The notes: generated by a model not told the origin, from the sequence alone. Counted from the whole stretch's first letter, positions 12,713 to 24,524 are shown. The stretch: DNA of 63,209 nucleotides, filler included, from Olpidium bornovanus S191 (GCA_017911155.1; 28 parts of 28 records of this genome joined end to end with filler, not necessarily neighbours in it); one strand, 5' to 3'. Program-made: numbers and translations.

Positions 12713-14738
12713 ATGAGCACCGCCCCGCCATCACTCGCGGTGGGCGGCATGTCCGCTGCTTCCAACGGGCCCTCGGCGCCGCTGCCGCCGCCGCCGCCGC
12801 CGAGCGCAACGCTCACCTTCTACGTGAACGCTGCCCGCGTAGAGCTGGAAAATCCCTCTCCCGAATTGACCCTCCTCGCCTACCTGAGGTCCGTGGGGTT
12901 GACCGGGACGAAGCTTGGTTGCGCAGAAGGTAAGTTTTGTCGGAAGCCACAACCACCCGCGACGTGTCGCAACGCGTCGGCCCTTTTTGTCTCGCTTCCA
13001 TTTTCACCGCAACCGTGGAACGCTCGGGGAACGGTAGCCGCTGCTTTGCCGCTGTTCTCACGGACAGCCGGGCGCAGGTGGGTGCGGAGCTTGCACAGTG
13101 CTTGTCTCCTTCTACGATGAGGAGGCGCGCCGCGTCAAGCACACTTCTGTCAATGCATGCTTGGCGCCCTTATGCTCTCTGGACGGCAAACACGTCATCA
13201 CCGTCGAGGGAATCGGGACCTACGATAACCCGCATCCGGCCCAGGAGCGCATCGCCCTGATGTTCGGGTCGCAGTGTGGCTTCTGCACGCCGGGCATTGT
13301 GATGGCACTCTACGCTTTGCTGAGGAACAATCCGAGTCCGACGGAAGGCGAGATAGAGGATTGCTTTGACGGTATGCTGGGGGGAAAGCGACCAGGTTAT
13401 TTGCCGCTGCCCCCTAAATATTGATTCATGGCACGGCGGTGGCTCGCTCGGCGGCACAAATCTGTCCTTATGGCCTTTGTACTCCAGGGAATCTTTGCAG
13501 GTGTACGGGCTACCGTCCAATTCTCGACGCGGCGAAGACTGTGAGTGCAGCGACAGCGCCTCACCCGCACGGATTATTGGACACTGAGACCACCGCGCTC
13601 TCTGCAGTTCGCGTGCGACAAGAGGAATGCTGGCTGCTGCGGCGGAAATGCGTGCGGTCGTATGCTTCCCCGCGAAGGAAAGCCAAGTGGGCTTCCCACC
13701 GGCTGCGGTGAAATGGACTGCTGCCAAACTCAGACGGACTTTTGCTCACAAGAGGAAAATCACGCCTTCCCGAAGGTAGAATAAACGGCCGCATTCACAG
13801 CAAGACGCGTGTATTTTCGCCTACGGGGCCGAGTCGCGGGGTCTTTCCGGCTACGTGTGCGGAGTGGCCGATTTTCGTGACATTGGTTGACGTGGTTGCG
13901 CGCGTCGTGACGGTGGACAGTTGAACTTCAAAAAATACGAGCCGTCGCAAGATGTTATTTTCCCTCCGGCGCTCCTGAAATACGCGCAGAGCCCGAAAAA
14001 ATTCTTAGAGTTTACCTCTCGCCGGTGCAAATGGATACGCCCGAATACCATTGATGAGCTTTTGGAAGTGAAACGTCGCTACCCTCAGGCCAAACTCGTT
14101 GCCGGGAACACTGAAGTCGGCATAGAAGTCAAGTTCCGGCGGCTGAAGTATCCTGTCCTCATCTACGTGGCCGACATTGCGGAATTGTGTTGCAGAAAGG
14201 AAAACGGTATGTATGTGTCTAGTAATCGCGCTCCTTGCCGTCTATGGCGGAAAGCTCAAGCGCTCGACGTTGCTCAGACCAAGGAGTTTATTTCGGAGCT
14301 AATATGACGCTCGAGAATGTGCGTCTTGCATGCAAGCAATTGATAGAGTCAACGAATGTACGTGCCGTGAGGTGGAGTGTGAACGAAAGATGAAATTCTT
14401 TGAAATGATTTGCGTGATAACGACTGTTCCCGTGTTTATCGTCCCGCTAAACTGTATTTATCGACTTGATCCTTCCAGCCTCTGAACGCGCAGCCCTTTG
14501 CCGCCATGACTGCTGCGCTGCGGTACTTTGCCGGAAATCAGATTCGAAATGTCGCGACTTTAGCCGGTAACATCGCGACGGCGTCCCCGATATCAGATAT
14601 GAACCCCGTGCTGGTTGCATGCCGCTCCCGCTTGGAGGTGGTATCCGCTGTTTCTGGCGAAAAGCGGTTCATCCCTGCCGAAGAGTTCTTCCTCGGATAC
14701 CGGAAGACAGCTCTAAGAAACGATGAAATTTTAGTCAG
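12713..14738 (+). CDS. XDH: Xanthine dehydrogenase (2Fe-2S and FAD domains), 3'-partial
   Basis: [75 protein letters not shown] and [20 protein letters not shown]. Confidence 0.93.
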
Positions 14739-14862
14739 NNNNNNNNNNNNNNNNNNNNNNNNNNNNNNNNNNNNNNNNNNNNTTAATTAATTAANNNNNN
14801 NNNNNNNNNNNNNNNNNNNNNNNNNNNNNNNNNNNNNNCATGTCCGGCCTTTCAAACGAGCC

Positions 14863-14977
14863 TGGAACCAGTCTGGTTTGGTGCCTGCGGGACGAGCTGT
14901 GATGGTTCTGAGTCTGCCTTTGGAACCAGTCTGGTTTGGTGCCTGCGGGACGAGCTGTGATGGTTCTGAGTCTGCCT
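14863..14977 (+). repeat. Perfect 57-bp direct tandem duplication (period 58)
   Basis: TGGAACCAGTCTGGTTTGG...GAGTCTGCCT at 14863-14919 and 14921-14977. Confidence 0.95.
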
Positions 14978-16116
14978 CTATGTTCACAACAGTGATAAAA
15001 GGAGAAACCGTGGTGTATATCGGCTTACAGACAAGCTCGAGACTTTTTTTTTTCTGGAGAATGTCTCGGCAGCTTGCTCACCTGCCTGGCCTGCTCTCTA
15101 GTCTGTGCTTTCTGCTGGGGTTGGTTAGATCTATAATTCTAGTATAGAATCATAAAAGCCTTTCATGGTTGCTTAGCGTAAAAGGTGGGGGGGGCGGGTC
15201 CTATTCCCCTTTGCGGTGGGGGACGTTCGGTTGGTCAACTGGCCCACACGCCACCCGCGGCACCGTTGAAGACCCCGTGCAATGATTGAGGGGCTCCAAC
15301 TGAAGTGCAGAAGATTCCAAGACACACTTTAGAAGGAAAAGGTAGGATTACATTGTTCCGGAGGTTTCGGGCATTGGCGGCTTTGAGGCGATATTCCGAG
15401 TGGCACAACGCGATATCTTGACTTTGGTACCACCGCGCTGCTGCGCAATATAACACCGACTCTCGGTCTTGATATAGGTTACGTGCCTGTGCAGCTAGAC
15501 ACACTGCGAGACGGCTCGATGACATCGCGTGACCTGCGTAGCGGCGTATCTATGTGCGGCTGCTTGCCTGTCCAGCCACAGAGGCCCCAGGTTCCTTTTG
15601 CACGCAAACACGCACGCAAACACACCCCTCGCGGGGGGGGGGGGGGGCTTTGGCGCCACGCCCAAACCACCCGCCACCCCAACCCCGCACCACACCCGCA
15701 CCCACAACCCTCAGCTCTCCGAAAACTTTGCACTTTTCGTTGAACCTCGTGCACTGGCATTTTTGCCGCGCAAAATTGGGCACGTGATCCTGCAGTGAAC
15801 TACACCACTAATTGGATTCCCCAAAAAAGCCACTCAGAAAACAAAACCTGGTGGTTTCTCCGTGCGACACCCAACAATCCAAAATTCGCTTCTTGTTTCC
15901 CGGAAAATAACTAAGTTTGATCTTCCTTTCCCCGCCGCTGTTCCCGTTTTCGTTTCGATCTGCTCACGGAGCTTATGCCGAACGGCGGCCGAGTGTGAAA
16001 GTGTGTGTTGTGTGCGCGCGTGCGTGCACAGGAGGGAAGCCGGCGGGGCGTTACATCCCCTAGTTCGATGCCTTTCATCGCCGGCTCCCGCGGGTTTCCG
16101 CGATTCGGAAGAACAA

Positions 16117-16151
<35 letters not shown>

Positions 16152-16423
16152 AAAAAAAAAAATTCCGAGGAAAGTTGTGTCACCGGTCCATCGGGTAAAA
16201 ACCATGGCTGCTTTTTCGACCGCGGCCGGGCGGCCTCGGACCCCCCCGCCCTGCAGCGAGAGACTGCCAAAAACACCAGTGGTGTTGCATAAATTAAAGG
16301 GACAGCGTCACACACGGCGGGCGNNNNNNNNNNNNNNNNNNNNNNNNNNNNNNNNNNNNNNNNNNNNTTAATTAATTAANNNNNNNNNNNNNNNNNNNNN
16401 NNNNNNNNNNNNNNNNNNNNNNN

Positions 16424-16676
16424 CATGACGGGCTTCGTTTTCGCCGGCCAGCTTCGGGACTACACGCCGGCGAAAGCTCGCGACTTCGCCAACAAGCTTT
16501 ACCTCATCGGCCGCGACGTGCCGCTCACCATCGAGAAGTCGCGGTTCTCGACCTTCTCGCCCGCCGTGGCTGACAGGCTCGCCACCGACGCGCTCCAGCG
16601 GCCAGTTTCGGTTGCAGAGGCGAAGTTATCGAGCAGTTTTTTGACGGGATCTTCCGAAACGCCCGAATCTGTTTAG
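16424..16676 (+). CDS. Unidentified coding exon (probable 3' end of a gene)
   Basis: Strong GC3 codon bias over about the first 55 codons (MTGFVFAGQLRDYTPAKARDFANKLYLIGRDVPLTIEKSRFSTF). Family not recognised; starts at the contig edge. Confidence 0.45.
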
Positions 16677-17084
16677 ATATCATCCCTCCGCTCGGCCTTG
16701 CCCCCCCCCCCTTTTTTTTTTTTTTTTCTTTTTTTTTCGTTCCCGTTTTTCGGAGGTGCAGTTCCCGGCAGCCACATTTTATCCGGTCGCACCTATACCC
16801 CCGTCTGTTACATTTGAAGGCGGCATTTCGGCGTTCCTGGGGTGCGTCCTACGGATATTGTGTGCACCCTCAACTCACGTCGGGGAGTCGCACGGGCCGT
16901 CTGCGGCTTTCACCGCTTTGCCCTTCCACAAACGGATGAACCGCGCGGAAGGACAATTTTTTTTTCTTTCTTTTTCCTCCAGTCGATGCTGATTTTCGGC
17001 TCCCTGCTGAGCTTTTGTTCCCGTCCCGTTCGTACCTCGTGCGCTTTGGCTCCCCATTCCCCCCCTTATCCCCCCCACCCGTTC

Positions 17085-17118
17085 GTCCGTCCGTCCGTCC
17101 GTCCGTCCGTCCGTCCGC
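17085..17118 (+). repeat. (CCGT)n microsatellite
   Basis: Direct inspection. Confidence 0.9.
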
Positions 17119-17704
17119 CCGTCTTCTCGGCGTCCCGAATTTGAACCAGAGATCGCCTCGCCGGCCGTCCCGGGGGCGGTCCGCATCGGACGCGTTTTCG
17201 GCGTTCGGGTCCGGGCGTTTGCCTGCGCGTCCGCGGCGCGTGTTGGCGGGAAAGGGGGAGGGGGGGGGGGGGGGGGGGCCGAAATTCACCTGAACGCCCG
17301 GACCGGAGACGAGTCCGCAACTCGGGAAAGACCGGGGAAAAAAAAAAAGCAGCGGGCGGGGGGTCTCTCGAAATCGCGCAAGCCAGGGTAAAACTTTTTT
17401 CCCGGAATGAAATGCGACGTCAGTCGTGTTCCCCCGTTTTTTTTTTTATGCCGGGAGCAGAAGGGGGAAAAAAAAATGTGGAAATGCCCGGGGTCCGTGG
17501 GGGGGGGAAAGGGGGGGGGGGGGGGGGGGGGAACCGTCGTTTCCCAAAGCGAACCGTTATATAAAAACCCAGGGGCGAGGTTTTCTTTCTCTTACATTCG
17601 CGGANNNNNNNNNNNNNNNNNNNNNNNNNNNNNNNNNNNNNNNNNNNNTTAATTAATTAANNNNNNNNNNNNNNNNNNNNNNNNNNNNNNNNNNNNNNNN
17701 NNNN

Positions 17705-18827
17705 CATGAAAAACGAGAGAAGGGCCGTTCTGTTGTGTGAGAGCGACGGAACCAATGGTAGTCGACTCAAGGGTGACGACATTGGCGACCTTCGACGGCA
17801 TTCTTGATGGCCTGAGTATTTGTAAAAATGATTTGGTCATTAAACATGTGGCGGCTCGCGCCAGAATCAAGGATCACCTCCGGAAGGAGGGAATCAGAAT
17901 ACGGAGAATGCGCAGTTTGAGCACGAGCTATGAGCACACGAGCAGGAGCGGCATGGTCATCCGGGGCCAGTCTGGTCCGGTTTTGGCGAGCCTTTCGTTG
18001 TAGGTCTGCGGGGATGAGCGGGCAGTCGCTAGGAAAATGGTCTGGGGGGCGGCAGAATTTGCACGAGTGAGTTCTGCGGCTGTCGCCGACGACCCGGTGT
18101 TGGGAAGGCAACGGAGCGACCTGAGGTTGCTGATGCTGATGTTGCCTCCTGGTGGTGGTATACCCGCGGCCGCGATTGCGGTTGTTATTGGATTGGCGCG
18201 GCGGAATCCCCCTGATCGAGGTTGCGGTTGGGGCGGAAAGAGTTGCCCGGCTGTGCTCCTCTTTGCTCGGGACGCGCAGTGATAATTGTCTTCAAGGTGA
18301 GAGCCGAGGAAACGCGGATTAGAAGTCGCGCGGGTAAAGGCATCCAACTGACGAGCGGCCGTTTGACAGGCAGTGAGCGAAGCAACTTTGCCTGGAAAGA
18401 TAGCGATAGTCTGACGAATAGAATCAGAGAGATCTTCAGTGTACTGCAAAAGCAACGCCTGATCACCAACTGTCTCGCGGAGAGGCGCTGCTAGGGTGTT
18501 GAACTGAGCCGTGTAATGCTGCCCCGAGCCTTTTTGCTTCAGAGCACGTAATTTGCGATGAGCTCCCAAAAATTCAAAATCATTGGCGAAGTGAAGACGC
18601 AGCAGGCCGTTCATTGAGTCCCAAGTGGGGTTCTCTGCGCTTTCCAAGTGGGCAAACCACAATGTCTCTGGGGTGCCAATCAGCTTGTTTTCCGCTAGAA
18701 TGAGTTGAAGTTCCGGCGGAGTCTTTGCATAAGAAAAGTAGGCATCCATTTGGTGAATGAAAGCCTTCAGGTGGGTGGCTCCACCTTTGCCGTCATATTC
18801 GGCGATCTCAGTGAGGGTGGCCCTCAT
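17705..18827 (-). mobile_element. Degenerate LTR retrotransposon gag - zinc knuckle - protease (copia-type protease), frameshifted
   Basis: Capsid-like FIHQMDAYF...LWF...PTWDSM...KLRALKQKGSGQHYTAQF; CX2CX4HX4C knuckle CKFCRPPDHFPSDC (18022-18063); VILDSGASRHM protease; VANVVTLESTTIGSV. These lie in three different frames. Confidence 0.85.
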
Positions 18828-19237
18828 CGAATGTATTGAGTCCTGATCATCGCTGGAAGCCTGATGTGTTTGGGAACGATCTTGCTTGCGAAGGAGGGAA
18901 GCAAGTCGGGCCCTAAAAATTTCGTTCTCATCGAGAAGCGCGGAATGCGCTGCCGGATCAATGAGGGTGAAGACGTCTCAGCAGATACAAAGCGGCCAAT
19001 TGAAAAAATTGCTCCCTTTCCCGGTTTTGAGGCGCTCGGCTGACCCTTCCTGCTCATCATCATAAGGCATTGCTGGGGCCGCCGAACGGCGGCGGTCGTC
19101 GGCGGGGCAGCGGCGAGCGGCGAGGGCTCAGCGGCCCTCGGCGACGGCAGGGGCTCGGCGGCTCCCGCGCGACGGAGACGGTGCTGCGGCGGAGAGCGGC
19201 GCTGGTGGTGGGAACGGCGCCGCGGCAGAGGCGAACG

Positions 19238-19331
19238 CGAAGCGTCGACGGTGAAGGTGAAGCGTCGACGGCGAAGGCGAAGCGTCGACGGCGAAGGCGA
19301 AGCGTCGACGGCGATGACGAAGCGTTGACGG
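19238..19331 (+). repeat. 20-bp minisatellite (GAAGCGTCGACGGCGAAGGC), about 4.7 copies
   Basis: Exact 20-nt periodicity, located upstream of the gag ORF on the minus strand. Confidence 0.92.
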
Positions 19332-20240
19332 TTCTCCGGATCGCCGAAGAGAAAAAAGGTAAAGCGACGGGGCCGATCGATGAGCACTCCGCAGCCGTGT
19401 GCTCGCCAACGGGCGTGGTTGACTTGCCAACGGGAGTGGCACTTTGCGATATCGGTCGCACCCTTACGGGCGCAATCCGCAGGAGAGGCCGCCAGTAACT
19501 TCCCTTAGGAGGACTGCTGGAGGCGCTCGCAAGAGTTAAATCGTTGGAATTGCGGCGGTGTGCGCACCTCTGTCAGGAAAACGACAAACAAGACGCACAT
19601 TGCCGGCGAGATCACCGAGGCGTCTTACAGAGACAGGTTTTAGAAACCGATCCTATGCCTCGACGGGAGGAAGATGTAGGCCCGGCTAGTATTCCGCAGC
19701 CGAACTACTTCTTGACGAAGGCAATTCTGCCCCTCCATGGTGATTCCTATTTTTCGGCCCCATACCTCGCACGCCTTTCTTTTCATACGCGACCTCCACA
19801 GCGTCGAGAAATACTCAAGAAATTTCAGGGAGGTGGCGCGGGAAATGAAGCATACGGCGTTTGGGGTCGAGGGAAAGAACCACATGGCGGAATCTTTTCT
19901 GAAGAGGCAAAGTTGGAAGGCACGCGTCCTTATTTTCAAAGGATGAGAACGCTGTGGGGAGCTTATGACAATATTGCACCCGCGGTGACTTTCGAGGCTG
20001 GCCGCTCATCGGGTAGAGGCGAGGAGAACCGGCACAACGCCACCTTCCGCCACCACGCCCTTTTCTTTTTTCGGCGGCCGCAAAATAACAAAATTTGCCA
20101 CCATGNNNNNNNNNNNNNNNNNNNNNNNNNNNNNNNNNNNNNNNNNNNNTTAATTAATTAANNNNNNNNNNNNNNNNNNNNNNNNNNNNNNNNNNNNNNN
20201 NNNNNCCGATCCATAGAAGAGCAGCCAACTAACCGGCCAG

Positions 20241-20688
20241 ATTTTGTTTGAGATTTGGCAGACTGCAATGTGCTCATACAAACCCCCTGCCACGTTGATC
20301 CCTAGAATGGACACACAGCTGGTCGTTTTCGAGAGAGACAAGATCAACCTGGACCAGCTACGGGCCGCGGGAAGCATATGCGTCATCTTCCAAAAAAACC
20401 AATGCGAAACCCACACCGTCGCACCCGGCGGAAGGTTTCATTGGCATCCACACGGAAATGGGCACCTCAAGCGCAAAATGCAGAGGATTAAAAAGGCGTT
20501 CACATGCAAGCTGTTTCAACGTCGGCGACAAGCAATCTGGGATACACCGCTGCCGCACAGATTGCCAGGTGCTACGGCAAAGATACCACCACTGCTGCGG
20601 AAAGGAGTTCGACCGCCGTTTCGACGGACTTACCAACGGTTGCGTGCTCAATACAGCAACGCCACTGGTCACGAGGAGCACTAGCTGA
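20241..20688 (+). CDS. Unidentified exon(s), convergent with the RNase III gene
   Basis: Branch point and acceptor CTAAC...CCAG at about 20224-20240, followed by an open frame (ILFEIWQTAMCSYKPP...). A Cys/His-rich overlapping frame follows. No family recognised. Confidence 0.3.
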
Positions 20689-20853
20689 CATCAGACAGTG
20701 GCCTAAACGTCTTCATGTATGGTGGCGCCCGCTTTATGGGCTTCTCGCACCGTTCCTCTACGAAAAGCGACACGGCACACCTAGATTGCCTACCATTTAA
20801 GAAGAACCCGCAGAGCGCCGGCGTATATGTTGGAGATGAAACAACCATTACGG

Positions 20854-22105
20854 TCAGGCCCTGGAGGCATCCTGCAGCCTCTTGATCATGAGATAGCAAG
20901 CCTCCTGCTCTGCCTCCTTCTTCCGGGTCCACGGTTTCGAGGTCACGGAGTATCCGAGATACGTCAATAGGCACCGGTGGAGCGGGTTGTGGTCCTCGCC
21001 TGATTTGCTGAAATCCCAGACCGGATCCGAGCAACCCGATCTCTGTACTAGCTCGAGAAAATGGCCCTTGGGGTTCCTCAGCGGCAAACTCCGGACTGCC
21101 GCTGGTGCCGGATTTATCGCGAAGTCCTTAAGCACTACAGCCAGTGCGGTTGTTCTCGCCCGGGACGTGCCTTCGTCTAGTTTCAGAACGTTGCAGATTT
21201 TGTTGTCGAATGCTCCTCCGGGCGGCCTGCACGACTTTCCCGGTGAGAGGAAGGCAGGCAACTTGTCATCACCAGCGGTTGTGTTCTCGACAGCTGTTCT
21301 GGGACGCCTGCATGACTTAGTCACCAAGAGGGAGTCCAGCGACTTGCTGATCTGCTTCAAATTTGCAACTGCATTCCCGTGGGAGATGGCGGCCTTTTGC
21401 GAAAGAAATTCCTCGATGATCGGCAAGGCAGCCTGGCGCACCCAGTACTTGACGACTTCAAATCCGTGGTTCTTTTCAATCTAAAACCGGTTCCGTCAAA
21501 CACTAACAGGGGCAAGGCCCGGAGTGTCTTTACACCATTCAGCACAGGGGCGTTACCTTATATACCAACGCTTCGAACAGGTCGGCGCCGATCTTGCTCC
21601 GGGAATTACAGCCCCAGTCATTTTCTGCGACAAACTGGATCAGGCCAAGTCGCGGCGCCACGAAATGATGCAGCATTTTATTATTGACACGGCTCTGGTA
21701 TTCCTGTTCACGGTCTTCATCGTTACCAACTGGCATCGTCTCCAGTAAGTAGTCGCTGACGACGTGGCCAAGCACACGGTCGCCTCCCCAGGCCAGGCGC
21801 TCGAGGTAGCCCCCATCTTGTACCAGCAGGCCCAGGGAAAACGACTTAGGGACGAAAACTTCGACGAACCCCGCATACTGCTCCTCGCTCAGCGGGAGCA
21901 GGGCCGCGGTGACGGGGCTTCTGCGGTACAGCTCGTTGACGAAGTCCTTCAGGTGTTTGCTAGCAGTTAGTCCTGACGCGGCTTGCTTGGCGCGGCCCAT
22001 CTTTCGCAGCCGGGCAAGGACAGGCAACACGGGCACCGTTGCGCGGCCGGGCCGGTTCTGCCAGCGCGCGGCGAGACAGAGGACGCCGCGCCGCGCCGCG
22101 AGCAT
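20854..22105 (-). CDS. Atypical class-1-like RNase III: one RNase III domain plus C-terminal dsRBD (possibly two), 391 aa, two exons
   Basis: Exon 1 22105-21557, intron 21556-21481 (GTAACG...TTTTAG), exon 2 21480-20854. Motifs: ERLAWGGDRVL, VNNKML...LGL, KIGADLFEALVYK/IEKNHGFEVVKYWV, and dsRBD NPKGHFLELVQ...GEDHNPLHRC...KKEAEQEACYLMIKRL. Confidence 0.85.
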
Positions 22106-22440
22106 GTGGGCAAGGTCTCAGCAACGCCCCGCATCGACGCTAAATAACTCGGCCTAAACAAAACTGCAAAACTCACGTCAGTTAAAATAAGCGCTTCGGA
22201 GCCGTCCGATATCCGCTTTTCCAGCCACGTGATTAAACCTGCGCCGATCTCTTTTGGAGTAGCGCGGCGGGACGCAGCTCCGCCCCCCCCCCCCCCCCCC
22301 CCCACCCCCACCCCCCCACCCCCCCCCCCCACCACCACCCNNNNNNNNNNNNNNNNNNNNNNNNNNNNNNNNNNNNNNNNNNNNTTAATTAATTAANNNN
22401 NNNNNNNNNNNNNNNNNNNNNNNNNNNNNNNNNNNNNNNN

Positions 22441-24524
22441 CCCGGCGACAAAGGAAATGGCGCCGCGTTCCGCCTCCCCCATGAGGTAGACGAGGTGGAG
22501 CGCTAGCTCCACGTCGGCCCACTCCACTTTCTGTCCACCGTTGGTGCCCGGCGTTGCGCCCACGTTACTGCCGACGCTGGTGCTCACGATACTGAGCACG
22601 TTCGACAGGGCGTTGCACACGAAGGAGAGCCAGAGTTCGTGGTCGATAGCTGCGATGGAATCGTAGAACACCTTGAGCTGCTTCCGCATCTCCATGAACA
22701 AGCCGTAAGCCGAGTCGTCCGTCGCGGCCAGCCCAGTTGCGCCGACTGCTCCGGGGATCGGTGCGTGTGTTGGCGACGGGAAAATTTCCCTTCCGTTCGT
22801 TTGTTTCCCCACCGAATGGGGCGAAGACGCGGAGGCAGCGAACGGGTCCGTATCAGGAGAGTGCTTCATTTTTAGCACAACTGCCTGCAGGACGTGCAGA
22901 AGGAAATCGCGCTGCGGTGCCGTGAGGGCGGACGGTGATGACGCCCCAAAACCAGCAGAAATTCCGTCAGCAATGGCGACAGTCGGGGAAGACTTCGCCA
23001 TGCGACGGAAAACGCCAAGAACGTCCCCTAAAAAAGGGAAAACGCAGCTGCTGGTGTCGTCATATTCGTTGGCAAGGTAGTGCAGGAGAAACGGAAACAT
23101 AGATTCCAGCACCCCGTAAGCGGCGCTCCGGAGACCATCGGCGCCTGCCGAACCCGAAACGGATGACGACGCAGCTTCCTCGTGGATGCGGCACAGCTCG
23201 ACGCCAACGGCGTTCGCCAGCCGCGCCGCTTGCTCCGAAAGCTCGAGCTCTTCGTCCTCCTCGTCCTCATCCTCCCCCCCAACATCGCCACTATGTCTCT
23301 CACGGCGCTTAAGCAGCAAGTTCGACCCCGTCAGGTTAAAAGCGCCGATGCTCTGCGGACCGGGTGCTCCCAAGCGCTTCAGCACGGCCGTTGGCTGCAG
23401 CAGCTGCAGAAGGGTCAGTTTGTCGGACGATTTCATCCCCTTGTTGATGACTTCCGTGAAGCACTCGCAGGCGGCAATCTGGATTTCCCTTGAACCACTC
23501 TCCTGGGGATGGTGATCCAGACATTCATACAGACGGCTCATAAACACGTCGTTGACCACGAGCGAGATATCTATCCACGTGACGTAAGCCCCGACGACAC
23601 GCATCAACATCGCCGCAATCGCCGGATCTCTTGTTCTATACTCGCTCAACAAAGGTGGCCACGTGTTTGCGACTGTTATAATATCTCGTTCTCTCATTGC
23701 ATCTTTCTACATTTCACGGCGACGGTACGTTTTGAGTAAGCGCACAAGCCAATCGCCGCTAATGAGCCCCCCATGCCGCCGCTCCCCTGGCCACTCACGA
23801 TGTTCATGTTCCTGACGTTGGCGCCTTTTTCCCGCGGCACAAGCAAGTTTACTACTTCCTCGTCGATGGCCATCAGGATGCGGAGGTAAATGTCGACCAA
23901 CTTTTCGTCCGTTCTCCCGGTCAAACCAACGTCTAGAAGGGCCACCAGGTCGTCGAAAAACGATGGCCACGAGTGTGGATACAGGTGCATGAATAGCAAG
24001 GTGAGGGTGTGGGCCAGCTTGTTCCGCAAGTAAGGTGGGTCCTTTGGCGCGGACGGGTTTTGCGTGCCAAAGAACTCGCGAGTCACGAAGTTCACGAGCG
24101 TCTCCCGAATAAACTGGAGTTGTTGTGGGTTTAGCGCCGGGGGAAAGTTGCCGAGGGCATGCTCCACGACCTGTAGCGCAAACAACCTAGCTTCTGGCGT
24201 GCTGGAAAACGTCCCGGAAGACGTGGGCGGGGGCAGGGGAGGATACGGGAGGGGGGTGTCGGAAACCGCGGGAAAGAATGGGCGGGTCAACCGAGTTTTC
24301 GACGGTCCAACACGCGCTCTTCCGGAGGCGACAGACCTGAAAGCGCGGCGTGTGGCGCCGACCGTGGCTCACCTCTTCGGGTCCCTTGCAAACAGCCCAA
24401 GGCACAGCTGCCAGCCGTCTGGGCTTATCTTCAGCTGCTCGCAGTACTCCGTCGCCTCGCGCTTCAGCGCCGGGTCGGCGTGTGGGCTGAGAGCGCAGGC
24501 GACTGCCTGTTCGATTAAGTCCAT
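22441..24524 (-). CDS. LOS1: Exportin-T (tRNA exportin), 3'-partial
   Basis: MDLIEQAVACALSPHADPALKREATEYCEQLK...GWQLC, RLFALQV, YLRNKLAHTLTLLF...YPHSWPSFF, YLRILMAIDEEV and YVTWIDISLVVN match Xpo-t/Los1. Confidence 0.9.

Noticed and set aside
20458-20688. C2H2 zinc finger-like CGKEFDRRFD
   Set aside because: Cys/His spacing does not complete a finger, so it was kept only as an unidentified exon.
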